Translations under genes and position numbers: made by a program
DNA from: an uncultured delta proteobacterium
GTDB lineage: Bacteria; Myxococcota; Myxococcia; Myxococcales; Anaeromyxobacteraceae
Direction: 5' to 3'
Length of the DNA stretch: 64,000 nt
Assembly: GCA_963845515.1 (NCBI GenBank)
Contig: CAWJSR010000002.1
Location: 32,001-96,000, forward strand
Notes under the pieces: model-generated
The model's input: the letters and a program-made list of their open reading frames with translations, nothing else
Databases searched by the model: none
What the model was told of the DNA's origin: nothing
Part shown: in pieces, positions 9,083 to 18,293 of the stretch
Layout: each line of letters opens with the position of its first letter
Numbering within the stretch: the stretch's first letter is position 1

Positions 9083-11488
9083 TCACCGGTACTGGACGAC
9101 GAGGGACGGGCGACCCCCCGCAGCGTAGTAATCGGAGCTGTAGAACGAGGTCGCCCTCAACGAGTTCGTGTACGGGAGGTCCAGGTAATGATCCATGAAC
9201 AGCAGGCCGTTGTTCACCCAGGCGCCGCTCGCCCAGTTGCGGACGATGCCCGTCACGTCCCAGCCGAGCCATCCGGACGTCGAAGGGGAGGACACCTGCC
9301 ACCCTCCGGCCGCGTAGGTGCCCGGGGCGTTGTTCCAGGTGAGCGTCGACGTGCTCCATGAACCCGCGAGCGCGCGGACGTCGTACGCGGTCGCCGCGCC
9401 CGACGGCGAGTAGGCATAGAGGCCGATCGTCGCCACCTCGATGGTCCTGTTGCGGAGCACGCTGACGTCGAACTTCACGGCGGAGCCGAAGCAGGTGCCT
9501 TCCTGGGTGCTCAGGTAGCCGTTGTACAGCCAGTTGCAGCCGACGATGAGCTCGGCCGACGGCTTGGGGAGGTTCGCGACCGCGTCGTCCCCGTAGCTGG
9601 TGGCGATGTAGTTGTCCGCGACCGGGTAGAGCGTCATCGTCTGGAGTGGAGCGACCTGGGTGGTCGCCGTCGCGGTGCTCGACCAGGCGGAGGCCCCGGC
9701 GGCGTTGGTGGCGCGGACCCGGAAGTAGTAGGCGGTCGAGCCCGCGAGCCCGTTGCTGTCGAGCTGCGTGGAGCCGGCCGGGACGGTGCCGACGGCCGCG
9801 AAGGTCCCGCTGGCGCTCGACGCCCGCTCGATCTCGAAGGAGCTCTCGTTCGCGGAGGTGTCCGTCCAGGTGATCCGGATCGCCGAGGCGGAGAGCGCCG
9901 AGGCTGCGGTGCCGGACGGCGCCGACGGAGGCGCAAGCGCAGGGGCCTCGGTGGTCGCGGTCGCGGTGCTCGACCAGGGGGAGGCGCCGGCGGCGTTGGT
10001 GGCGCGGACCCGGAAGAAGTAGGCGGTCGAGGCCGCGAGCCCGTTGGTGTCGAGCTGCGTGGAGCCGGCCGCGAGGGTGCCGACGTTGACGAACGTCCCG
10101 CCGGCGCTCGGCGCCCGCTCGACCTCGAAGGCGGTCTCGTTCGCGGACGCGTCCGTCCACGTGATCCGGATCGCCGAGGCGGAGAGGGCCGTGGCCGCGG
10201 CTCCGGACGGCGCCGCGGGCGGCGTCGCGGGCGGGGCCTGGGTGGTCGCGGTCGCGGTGCTCGACCAGGCGGACGCGCCGGTCCCATTCGTGGCGCGGAC
10301 CCTGAACGAGCAGGCCGTCGAGGCCGCGAGCCCGTCGCTGTCGAGCTGCGTGGAGCCGGCCGGGAGGGTGCCGACGTTGACGAACGTCCCGCCGGCGCTC
10401 GGCGCCCGCTCGATCTCGAAGGCGGTCTCGTTCACCGAGGCGTCGATCCAGGTGATCCGGATCGCGGAGGCGGAGAGCGCCGTCGCCGCGGCTCCGCACG
10501 GCGCCCCGGGTGCCGTGGCGGCCCCGGCCTGGGTGGTCGCGCTCACCGTGGCCGACGAGTAGGACGCACCGGCCGCGTTCGCCGCGTGGACCCGGTAGAA
10601 GTAGGTCCCCGAGGCAGCGAGCCCGACGTCGTCGTATTCCGTGACGTTCACGTTGACGGTCGCGATCAGTGCGAATGGCCCCGCGAAGGTCGTCGAGCGG
10701 TAAATCTCGAAGTGTTCCTCGGTCGTGGAGTTGTCGACCCACGTGACCCGGATCGCGGCGGCGGAGAGGGCGGTGGCCGCGGCTTCGGACGGCTCCGACG
10801 GTGGGTTCCACGGATCCGCCTGGGTGGCCGCGCTCGCCGTGTTCGACCAGGGGGACGCGCCGGCCCCGTTCGTCGCGCTGACCCGGTAGAAGAAGGTCCC
10901 CTCGGACCCGAGCCCGAGGTCGTCGTATCCGGTGACGTTCACGTTCACGGTCGCGACCGGCGCGAACGGCCCCGCGCCGCTCGTCGCGCGCTCGATCATG
11001 AAGCCGGTCTCGTCCGTGGAGTCGTCGGTCCACATGACCCGGATCCCGGAGGCGGAGAGCTCCGCGGCCAGGACTCCGGACGGCGCCGCCGGCGGTGCGA
11101 GGGGGTCGCCCTGGGTCGTCGCGCTCGCGATGCTCGCCCAGGCAGAGGCGTCGGCCCCCTTCATCGCGCGCACCCGGTAGAAATAGGTCCCCGAGGCGCC
11201 GAGCCCGAAGTCGTCGTAGCCCGTGACGTTCACGCTCGGGGTCGCGACCAGCGCGAACGGCCCCCCGCTGCTCGTGGCGCGCTCGATCTCGAAGCCGGTC
11301 TCGTTCGCGGAGTTGTCCGTCCAGGTGAGCCGGACCGCCGACGCGGAGAGCGCGACGGCCGCCGCTCCCGACGGCGCCACGACCGCAGGCGGGCCGGGCG
11401 GAGTGCTGGACGTGCCGCCGCCACACGCGGTGGCGAGCAGTGCGATGACGATTCCGCCGGCTGTTCCGGTGGCGTGCGAGCGACGCAT
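9083..11488 (-). CDS. surface lipoprotein with six fibronectin type III repeats and a C-terminal DNRLRE-like domain
   Basis: Lipobox LLATAC; six repeats xPSG..A..LSAS.IR.TW.D.S..E..F.IER...Y.YRV.A.N..G.S; C-terminal TLYPVADNYI, VKFDVS, TWNNAP, WDVTGIV..W..NNGLL, P.L.V.Y. Confidence 0.8.
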   Translation of the reverse strand: MRRSHATGTAGGIVIALLATACGGGTSSTPPGPPAVVAPSGAAAVALSASAVRLTWTDNSANETGFEIERATSSGGPFALVATPSVNVTGYDDFGLGASGTYFYRVRAMKGADASAWASIASATTQGDPLAPPAAPSGVLAAELSASGIRVMWTDDSTDETGFMIERATSGAGPFAPVATVNVNVTGYDDLGLGSEGTFFYRVSATNGAGASPWSNTASAATQADPWNPPSEPSEAAATALSAAAIRVTWVDNSTTEEHFEIYRSTTFAGPFALIATVNVNVTEYDDVGLAASGTYFYRVHAANAAGASYSSATVSATTQAGAATAPGAPCGAAATALSASAIRITWIDASVNETAFEIERAPSAGGTFVNVGTLPAGSTQLDSDGLAASTACSFRVRATNGTGASAWSSTATATTQAPPATPPAAPSGAAATALSASAIRITWTDASANETAFEVERAPSAGGTFVNVGTLAAGSTQLDTNGLAASTAYFFRVRATNAAGASPWSSTATATTEAPALAPPSAPSGTAASALSASAIRITWTDTSANESSFEIERASSASGTFAAVGTVPAGSTQLDSNGLAGSTAYYFRVRATNAAGASAWSSTATATTQVAPLQTMTLYPVADNYIATSYGDDAVANLPKPSAELIVGCNWLYNGYLSTQEGTCFGSAVKFDVSVLRNRTIEVATIGLYAYSPSGAATAYDVRALAGSWSTSTLTWNNAPGTYAAGGWQVSSPSTSGWLGWDVTGIVRNWASGAWVNNGLLFMDHYLDLPYTNSLRATSFYSSDYYAAGGRPSLVVQYR

Positions 11489-11639
11489 GAGGGCTTCCGT
11501 TCCGTCGGGGGGTTGGTCGCCGGACGCCCGAACACGCTCACGGCTTGCACCTGAACGATGCGTCGGTGAAGCTAGCACACCGCATTGGACGTGCGCCGGG
11601 GTGAGAGTCGACCCTCCGGCGGAGAGGTGAACCTCCAGC

Positions 11640-11658
11640 GGGGCTACAGCAGCTCGTC
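11640..11658. repeat. 19-bp direct repeat, copy 1 (ggggctacagcagctcgtc)
   Basis: Identical to 19851-19869. Confidence 0.7.
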
Positions 11659-12906
11659 AACGCCAGGCCACCGGCCAGCCGAGCCGCCGCTCGGCGAGGA
11701 GGATCGCGAGCCCCGCCGCGAGCGTCAGCGCGGTGACGACGGCGCCGTAGCGCAGGAAGCGCCAGAAGCCGACCCTCCCGCGGGCGCCGGCCAGCTCCAG
11801 CACGATGAGGTTCGCGACCGACCCCACGATGGTGAGGTTGCCGGCGAGCGTCGCCGAGAGGGCGGTCGCCAGCCAGACCAGCTCCGGGTCGGCCATCTTC
11901 GGGATCCACTCGCCGGCCAGGATGACGAACGGGACGTTGGAGACCACCTGCGAGGCGGCGGCCGAGAAGAGGCCGAAGGCGATCGCCTGGTGCTCGGCCG
12001 ACCCGCCGAGCCACGGCGCGAACAGGTCGTGCATCCACGCCGCGGCGCCCGACTTCGCCACCCCGGCCACGACGATGAAGAGCCCGGAGAAGAAGACGAG
12101 GAGCGGCCAGTCGACGCGGTGGAGCGCCTCGCGCGGCGCGCGGCCGCCGAGCGCCATGATGAGCGCGGCGGCGAAGAGGGCCGTCCAGGCGAGCGGGTAG
12201 CCCGCGAGGAAGCCGGCGACGGCGAGGAGCGTCGCCCCGAGCGAGAGGGCGAGGAGCCTCGGGTTGACCGCGGGCGGCTCGAGCGCCGCCTCGCGCGCGA
12301 GCCGGCGGGCAGCTCCCCGCGGAAGAGGAGCTGCAGCGAGAGCGCGACGACCAGCACCGAGGCGACGGCCGGCAGCGCGAGCGCGCCGGCGAAGCGCGCG
12401 TACGGGATGCCGGAGAGCGTCCCGACGATCATGTTCTGCGGGTTGCCGGTGAGCGTCGCGGCGGAGCCGGCGTTGGAGCCGAAGGCGACCGCGAGCAGGT
12501 ACGGGAGCGGCGGCAGCTCGGCGTCGTCCACGATCCGCAGGACGATCGGCGTCATCATCAGGCAGACGGTGTCGTTGACGAGGAACGCGGAGAGGGCGCC
12601 GGCGGTGAGGACGATCCCCCAGAGCAGCGTCCGGGGACCGTGCACGGCGCGCAGCACCCGCCAGCTGGTCCAGCGGAAGAAGGCCGCCTCGCGCAGGTAC
12701 TCGGTGAGGACCATCATCCCGAGCAGGAGCCCGAGCGTGTCGCCGTTCACCGCCCGCCCGGCCTCGTCCGGCGCCAGGACGCCGGCGGCGACCATCAGCG
12801 CGGCCCCCAGGAACGCCGCGGCGGGCCGATCGACCGAGAGGAACGGGAAGCGGCCGCCGGCGACGGCGACGTAGGTGAGCGTGAAGATGACGACCGCGGC
12901 GGTCAC
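11657..12906 (-). CDS. ArsB/NhaD/SLC13 (ion transporter superfamily) permease, frameshift near 12295
   Basis: DRPAAAFLGA, SAFLVNDTVC, SNAGSAATLTGNPQN in one frame; VDWPLLVFFSGLFIVV, SQVVSNVP, TLAGNLTIVGSVAN in the other. Confidence 0.85.
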
Positions 12907-13059
12907 GGCCCGGTCCTACCACCGCGGCGTGCACGTTTGCACCATTCCGTCTCCTCACCCCACCGACCTGCCCTCCTCTTGGCCGGGCTCCGAGCCCGAG
13001 CGTCTGGGGGAGGGACGGCAGTCACTTCATTGGCTCTGGCTGCCGACGTAGCCTAACCA

Positions 13060-13688
13060 CTATCTTCTCGGGACCCACTCGCGTCGAAACGTGATCCAGC
13101 GCGACAATGGGGGTGGACAACCGGCCGCAGGCTCAGGCTCAGCTGGTGACGCATGCACGAACACCACCGCGCCCGAGTAGCCGGGGTTTGCTGGAGCCAG
13201 AAGCTCCCGCCGCTCGGATTCATACGGCGCGGCCCACATGGCAACTCCGACATCCGATGGAGGCCACCAGCAGTCACCAGCGGTTCTTCGGCAGGCGCTG
13301 GAAAGGATTTCCTTCAGCCGCATTACGCCGGGTCGAACCGCGTCAACACGGGCGTTGATCAACAGCGTCTCACCACTGATGGTCTCGCCGCGACGAAGGG
13401 TGACCTGCCTCGCCCGATCTCAACGATTCCCGCAGCATTGGATACGGCTCCGGGAAGGAGCTCCAGCCGATACCCGAGCGTCGGATCGGGCGCAGGGACG
13501 ACACCCAGGAACTTGCCTCTGCTCACCTCATAGCGAATTGCATACTCAACGGGCATTCCCGCGAGCGGAAGGCCGCTCACGTCGTCGACGACTTGCACCG
13601 AGAGCGACGGCTGCGACACGCGCGACGGGCACCCGGAAAAGCACGCCGACGAAATCAGCAGCGCCATCGCACAGAGTGGCGCTCTCAT
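13060..13688 (-). CDS. hypothetical lipoprotein, candidate immunity protein of the RHS toxin (probably one gene with a frameshift near 13410)
   Basis: ATGA overlap with RHS stop; signal and lipobox MRAPLCAMALLISSACFSGC; the downstream frame reads QVTLRRGETISGETLLINARV across the junction. Confidence 0.5.
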
Positions 13689-16600
13689 TGAGCTTTGACC
13701 GCGTCTTGGTAGTCCTTGACTGCCTTAACAGTCTTGGCGTGCGTCCTCTCCGCTGCAGCACGGTGTATGTTCTCGTCATCGACGCCCGCCCCCTGTGCGT
13801 GCGACTTGAATAGTCCCCCGTTGTCGTCGGTAACCTCAGGCGTGTGCGCTTCGATGTCCTGATAGGCGTGCAACGCATTGCCAAGCGCATGCATGGCGTC
13901 CTCCTCAAACGAGGCGGCCAGTGCCCTCAAGGCTGGGTCGTCAGACCTACTCGCCCGCGCCGCGAAACGGCCAAGAAACACCGCTCTTGCGAAGCCCTGA
14001 GCGAAACGGTCTTCACGAGAGTCGCCGCCACCGGTGTTCGTGTTGAAGTGAGCACCTTGATCCCCTAGCCCGGGGATCCACCCGGTCCCCGAGCCCACGA
14101 AGTCCGTATGGTTGTCCCAGTGGGCCAGGCGCGAAGCCTGAAGCGCCGTCATGCCGGCTTCCGCTGCCCACTGCCGCGTGGCTGTGAAGTGGACAGACTC
14201 GGCCCAACCGCCCGTCGGATCGATGTACCTGTACGGATTGTTCAACACATACGAGAACCGATTCAAGCTAGCCGGAGCAGCAAGCGACCCCATCACCGAG
14301 TCCGCCGAAATGAACCGGCCGAGCTCCGGCCAATACAGCCTCGCCCCGTAGTCGTGGAACCCCGTCCCCGGGTCGTACACCCGCCCGTTGTACTGCCGGT
14401 CTCCTTGCGCGCTCGCAGGCGGCGCGTTGAACATCTCACCCCAAGGCTGGTAGTCGAGTTGCGCTACGACGGCACCCGTCGTGTCGGTCCTGGCAATGAC
14501 GCTGCCGAGGATGTCCGTGTGGTACCACTGGCGCTCGGTGCAGGCCGGTGGCGCGCCCGACAGGCAGCCGTCGACCGCCACGAGCTTGTCCCCCAAGTAG
14601 AAGTAGTCACGCAGCTTCGTGCCGTCCCCCAGCGACTCCGCGATGACTCGACCTGCCGCATCGTAGTGGTACAGGGTCGTCTGGCCGCCATCGGTCTTCG
14701 CGACGCGGCGGCCCCGCCCGTCGTACCTGTACGTCGCCCCATCCGACGACGACGCCAGCCTCCCGGCGGGATCCCACGTGAGCGTCATCGACTTGAAGGA
14801 CTGACTGCCACTCGCCGAGAAGAGGCGGTTGCTCTGGTCGTACGAGTAGTTAGTCGTGTAACTGCCCACTGAGCTCACTTTGCGGTTGCCCAGGTCGTCG
14901 TAGTCATAGATCGCAGTCCCCCACTCATAGGGCGCGATAGAGGTGATGAGCCGGTCGAGTTTGTCGTACGTCATCGTCCGCAGTGAGTTCAGGACGGCCG
15001 AGTTTTCGTACGACGTGACGTTGTCCACCCCGTCGTACTTGTAGATGAGCCCTGTGACTCCAGGAGAGGTGACCCTCTCGACTCGAGCCCGGTCATCGAA
15101 GGAGAGTGTGGTCGCCCTCCCGTTCCCGAACGCCATCCCGCTCACCATCCCCGACGGGTGGTAAGTGATGCCCCCGACGATTTGCGCAGACCCGACGGAC
15201 ACGCTCGTCACACGGTTCGCCGCGTCGCAAGTCATCGCAAGCGATGCGCCGCTAGGGTACTCAACCGAGTATAGGCAACCTGCCGGGTCATACCGGTAGG
15301 TCGTCCAATATGACCTCCCACCGTAGGTCCACTTCTCGGACGTGACTCGATTCAGCTCGTCATGGGTGTAGTCGAACGTGCCGCCGTTCAGGCTCTCGAT
15401 GTGTGTCAGGTTGTTTGCATTGTCGAAGTCCTGGCTGACGTCGTCGGGCGACCCACCCTGATAGGATATCGTGCGAAGGCGACCGAGCGGATCGCCGTAT
15501 CCGTAGCTCACAGTGACCGCGCGCGCGTCAAGGCGGCTGGTCATCTGGCCGATGGCATTGCGACCATAGGTGAGCCCGCCGGTATCACCGGCGACTTCGC
15601 TCGTCAGGAACTGCGACGGGTCATATCCGAAGGCCCGATTGCCCCCGGCGGCCGGAGCTGTGATGCCCGCCAGCTTCCCGCTGGCGCGGTATGCGTACTG
15701 CCACAGGCTCGCGTTGGCGTCGTACACCTGCGTAAGTCGTTGCTCGTCCGGATCGCCGAAGGAAGAGTTGCAGCGCCAGGTCGTGCGGCTGTCATTCGCG
15801 GCGCGGTCCTCCACCAACTCCACACAATTGCCCGTGTAGGTCGTCATGACCACGCACGCGCCCGCAACGTCGCACGATGCGCTGGCGGGGCGATAGCCTT
15901 TCGTAACCCGAACGACGCGATTCAGGCCGTCCAACTCGAGCATCTCTCCGACCTCTCCGACGGAGGCGTCATAGACGTACGACTTGAACCATGGGCGTCC
16001 CATGCTGTCGTACCGCGCGCTCGTCAGCACACCCACCGCGTCCGCCGTAGAGGTCACGCGCCCGAAGCCGTCGAAGAACGTGTTCTTGAAGTAGTCACCG
16101 CGGGCGATCCGGGCCCATGAGCCGTCCGGTGCATAGGAGTAGCCGGTCACGTTCGCGTTGCCCGGAGGAGTGACCGTCTCCGTGCGCCCCAGATCATCGT
16201 ATGTGTAGCCGGTCGTATGACCTCGCCCGTTCGTCTCCGATTCGATCCACCCCTCCCAGGACACCGTGCGAGCGACATTGAACGCGTCGTTGTAGCCGAT
16301 GCTCGCTGGCGTACCGTACGAGTAGTCGGACAGCGTCAGCACCTGCCCCAAGGCGTTGGTGACGGATCCGATGTTGCCGAAAGCGTCATAGCCGAAGGTG
16401 GTCGTTACGCCCGACACGGTTTCGCCGGTGCGCGCATAGTGCCGCTGCGGGTCATGCGCCCAACTGCTTGAGTAGCAGTCGCTTCCTTCGCACACGCTCT
16501 GCGCCGAAGGGCGACCTCGAAGAAGGTTGAGCGTCGTGCCGTCGAGGTCGTTCTCGACGGATAGGTAGGCGGTGGTCGTCACCCGCGAAGTCGGGGGAGG

Positions 16601-18214
16601 CGGTGCCCCGTTGTTCCTGAAGCCCGCCTGCTGACCGGCCTCGACGGCCATGCCGGGCTGGCCGTACTGGTCGAAGTTCGAATATGTGGTCGTGAACAGC
16701 GCGCCGTCTCGCAGTACCTGCCGAACCGTCATTACCGGGACGGAGACGTGTTCATCCCAGACGTAGTACACGCCGCAGTTGTCCGAGTACACGGGGGCGC
16801 TGTACACGGCCGGGGAGATCGACGGGACCTGGCTGCCGTCCCATTGGTATGCTTCGATCTCGGCGCCGTCTGCGCGCTCCACCTCCAGCGTCAACCCCAC
16901 CCCATAGGTGTAGCGTTCCGTGCCGGTGCTCATCCCGGCGACGAAGCCAAACCCAACGATCCAGTACCGGTCGTACTTCCCGTCCGGCCGAAGGATCGAG
17001 GTTACGTGAAAGTCCGTCCCCGGTCCGGGCGACACGTACGAGTAGGTCCACGTTCCAGAGACACCAGCCCGCGAATCGACGACCGTCCGCTCCGTGACCA
17101 CCGAAAAGGGCACCGTCTCGCGCCCCGTGAAGAAGTCGGCGCTATCGTACCCGTAGCCGACGACACCCCCGCCCGGATAGGTGATGCTGTTCAACGCGTA
17201 CTGATTCTGCGCGGCGTCCGCGTCGTACGCGTAGGTGTACCACTCGGACGGCCCCGTCGGCGGCCTCACCTCCGTGAGGAAGCGGCGCGCTCCCGGCAAC
17301 GGCATCCTGCCCAAACCGCCACCGGTCTGCTCGGAGGTGTACGTCGTGTAATCGTACTGAAAGAGCTTCCCGTTGACGTTCATCGTCTGCAGCCGCAATC
17401 CATCCACGTCGGCAGCATAGGTGAACGTGATGCTGCGCCCGTACGTGTCCGTGATGCCTTCGACCGCGCCGGTCTGGCTCACATAGGCGACAGCAATCCG
17501 ATTGCCGAATGCATCTACGACGCCACTCAGCGGCCACACCGGCATTGTCCCTACAAAGTACTGATTATTGTACGCACTCGAAAACTCGTAGCGAATCCCC
17601 GTGTCGGACCAGATGCATGTACCGGCCCCCGATAGAGCGCCGCAGTTCCGCTCCATTCGCCAAAAGTCCTTCGAAACGAAGACCGTGTTGCTCGATGTTT
17701 TCGGGTAGAATACCCGCGCAGTCCCGTCAGGCGCCTCGTACACCGGAAAGTCTCCAGAGCACATCCCTGATTGGCCGCTCGCATTGGGGTTCTTGAGGCG
17801 GCCCATGTGGAAGCTCCACCCGTACCCCAGAACTGAGTGTTCCTTTTCGGCCAGCAGCGGTTCCATGTCGAGGAGGTCGGCTCGCCCCCATATCTTGCTG
17901 CTGTAGGTTCGGACGACGTGCAGGTCCAATCCGGCCCTTCCGGGAAGCGATAGGTCCTCACGAACGATCCGGAGCGTGCCCGTGAAGGGGTCCACCGTCT
18001 CGCCGGGGAGATCCTGGAAGAAGCTCTTGTGCTCGCTCTCGGTGTAGCGGAAGAACGGGTCGAACGTGTCGCCGACAGCCTGCTGCTGCGCGCTGACGGT
18101 TGCAGCACTGAAGACCGAGAGCAGGCTCACCAGCCATCCTATTGGCGCTCGCGCGCAAGTTTCAGGTCGCACAGGTGATCCTCCGCTAGCGTTACGATGC
18201 GCGCCCGACGACAT
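13685..18214 (-). CDS. RHS/YD-repeat protein with N-terminal signal peptide and C-terminal toxin domain
   Basis: ETVDPFTGTL, LGYGWSF, many YD repeats, YHTDILGSV, YQPWGE, YNGRVYDPGTGFHDYGARLY, NRFSYVLNNPYRYIDPTG. Confidence 0.92.
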   Translation of the reverse strand: MSSGAHRNASGGSPVRPETCARAPIGWLVSLLSVFSAATVSAQQQAVGDTFDPFFRYTESEHKSFFQDLPGETVDPFTGTLRIVREDLSLPGRAGLDLHVVRTYSSKIWGRADLLDMEPLLAEKEHSVLGYGWSFHMGRLKNPNASGQSGMCSGDFPVYEAPDGTARVFYPKTSSNTVFVSKDFWRMERNCGALSGAGTCIWSDTGIRYEFSSAYNNQYFVGTMPVWPLSGVVDAFGNRIAVAYVSQTGAVEGITDTYGRSITFTYAADVDGLRLQTMNVNGKLFQYDYTTYTSEQTGGGLGRMPLPGARRFLTEVRPPTGPSEWYTYAYDADAAQNQYALNSITYPGGGVVGYGYDSADFFTGRETVPFSVVTERTVVDSRAGVSGTWTYSYVSPGPGTDFHVTSILRPDGKYDRYWIVGFGFVAGMSTGTERYTYGVGLTLEVERADGAEIEAYQWDGSQVPSISPAVYSAPVYSDNCGVYYVWDEHVSVPVMTVRQVLRDGALFTTTYSNFDQYGQPGMAVEAGQQAGFRNNGAPPPPTSRVTTTAYLSVENDLDGTTLNLLRGRPSAQSVCEGSDCYSSSWAHDPQRHYARTGETVSGVTTTFGYDAFGNIGSVTNALGQVLTLSDYSYGTPASIGYNDAFNVARTVSWEGWIESETNGRGHTTGYTYDDLGRTETVTPPGNANVTGYSYAPDGSWARIARGDYFKNTFFDGFGRVTSTADAVGVLTSARYDSMGRPWFKSYVYDASVGEVGEMLELDGLNRVVRVTKGYRPASASCDVAGACVVMTTYTGNCVELVEDRAANDSRTTWRCNSSFGDPDEQRLTQVYDANASLWQYAYRASGKLAGITAPAAGGNRAFGYDPSQFLTSEVAGDTGGLTYGRNAIGQMTSRLDARAVTVSYGYGDPLGRLRTISYQGGSPDDVSQDFDNANNLTHIESLNGGTFDYTHDELNRVTSEKWTYGGRSYWTTYRYDPAGCLYSVEYPSGASLAMTCDAANRVTSVSVGSAQIVGGITYHPSGMVSGMAFGNGRATTLSFDDRARVERVTSPGVTGLIYKYDGVDNVTSYENSAVLNSLRTMTYDKLDRLITSIAPYEWGTAIYDYDDLGNRKVSSVGSYTTNYSYDQSNRLFSASGSQSFKSMTLTWDPAGRLASSSDGATYRYDGRGRRVAKTDGGQTTLYHYDAAGRVIAESLGDGTKLRDYFYLGDKLVAVDGCLSGAPPACTERQWYHTDILGSVIARTDTTGAVVAQLDYQPWGEMFNAPPASAQGDRQYNGRVYDPGTGFHDYGARLYWPELGRFISADSVMGSLAAPASLNRFSYVLNNPYRYIDPTGGWAESVHFTATRQWAAEAGMTALQASRLAHWDNHTDFVGSGTGWIPGLGDQGAHFNTNTGGGDSREDRFAQGFARAVFLGRFAARASRSDDPALRALAASFEEDAMHALGNALHAYQDIEAHTPEVTDDNGGLFKSHAQGAGVDDENIHRAAAERTHAKTVKAVKDYQDAVKAQ

Positions 18215-18293
18215 CTTCCAGGCGGGGAGCGATCCTCGCCGTCTTTGCCGACACGCAACGATCCTTTGTTGTCACTAACCGGCTGCCGCGCGA

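Noticed and set aside
9650..11400. Roughly 300-bp periodic repeats that could suggest an array element
   Set aside because: They are coding FN3 domain repeats with no spacer structure; not CRISPR.
12947..13046. Imperfect inverted repeats at the left edge of the low-GC region (ccgtctcctcacccc...gggggagggacgg; ggcagtca...tggctgcc)
   Set aside because: Could be a degenerate REP or a terminator, but too imperfect to call as IS ends, and no transposase is present.
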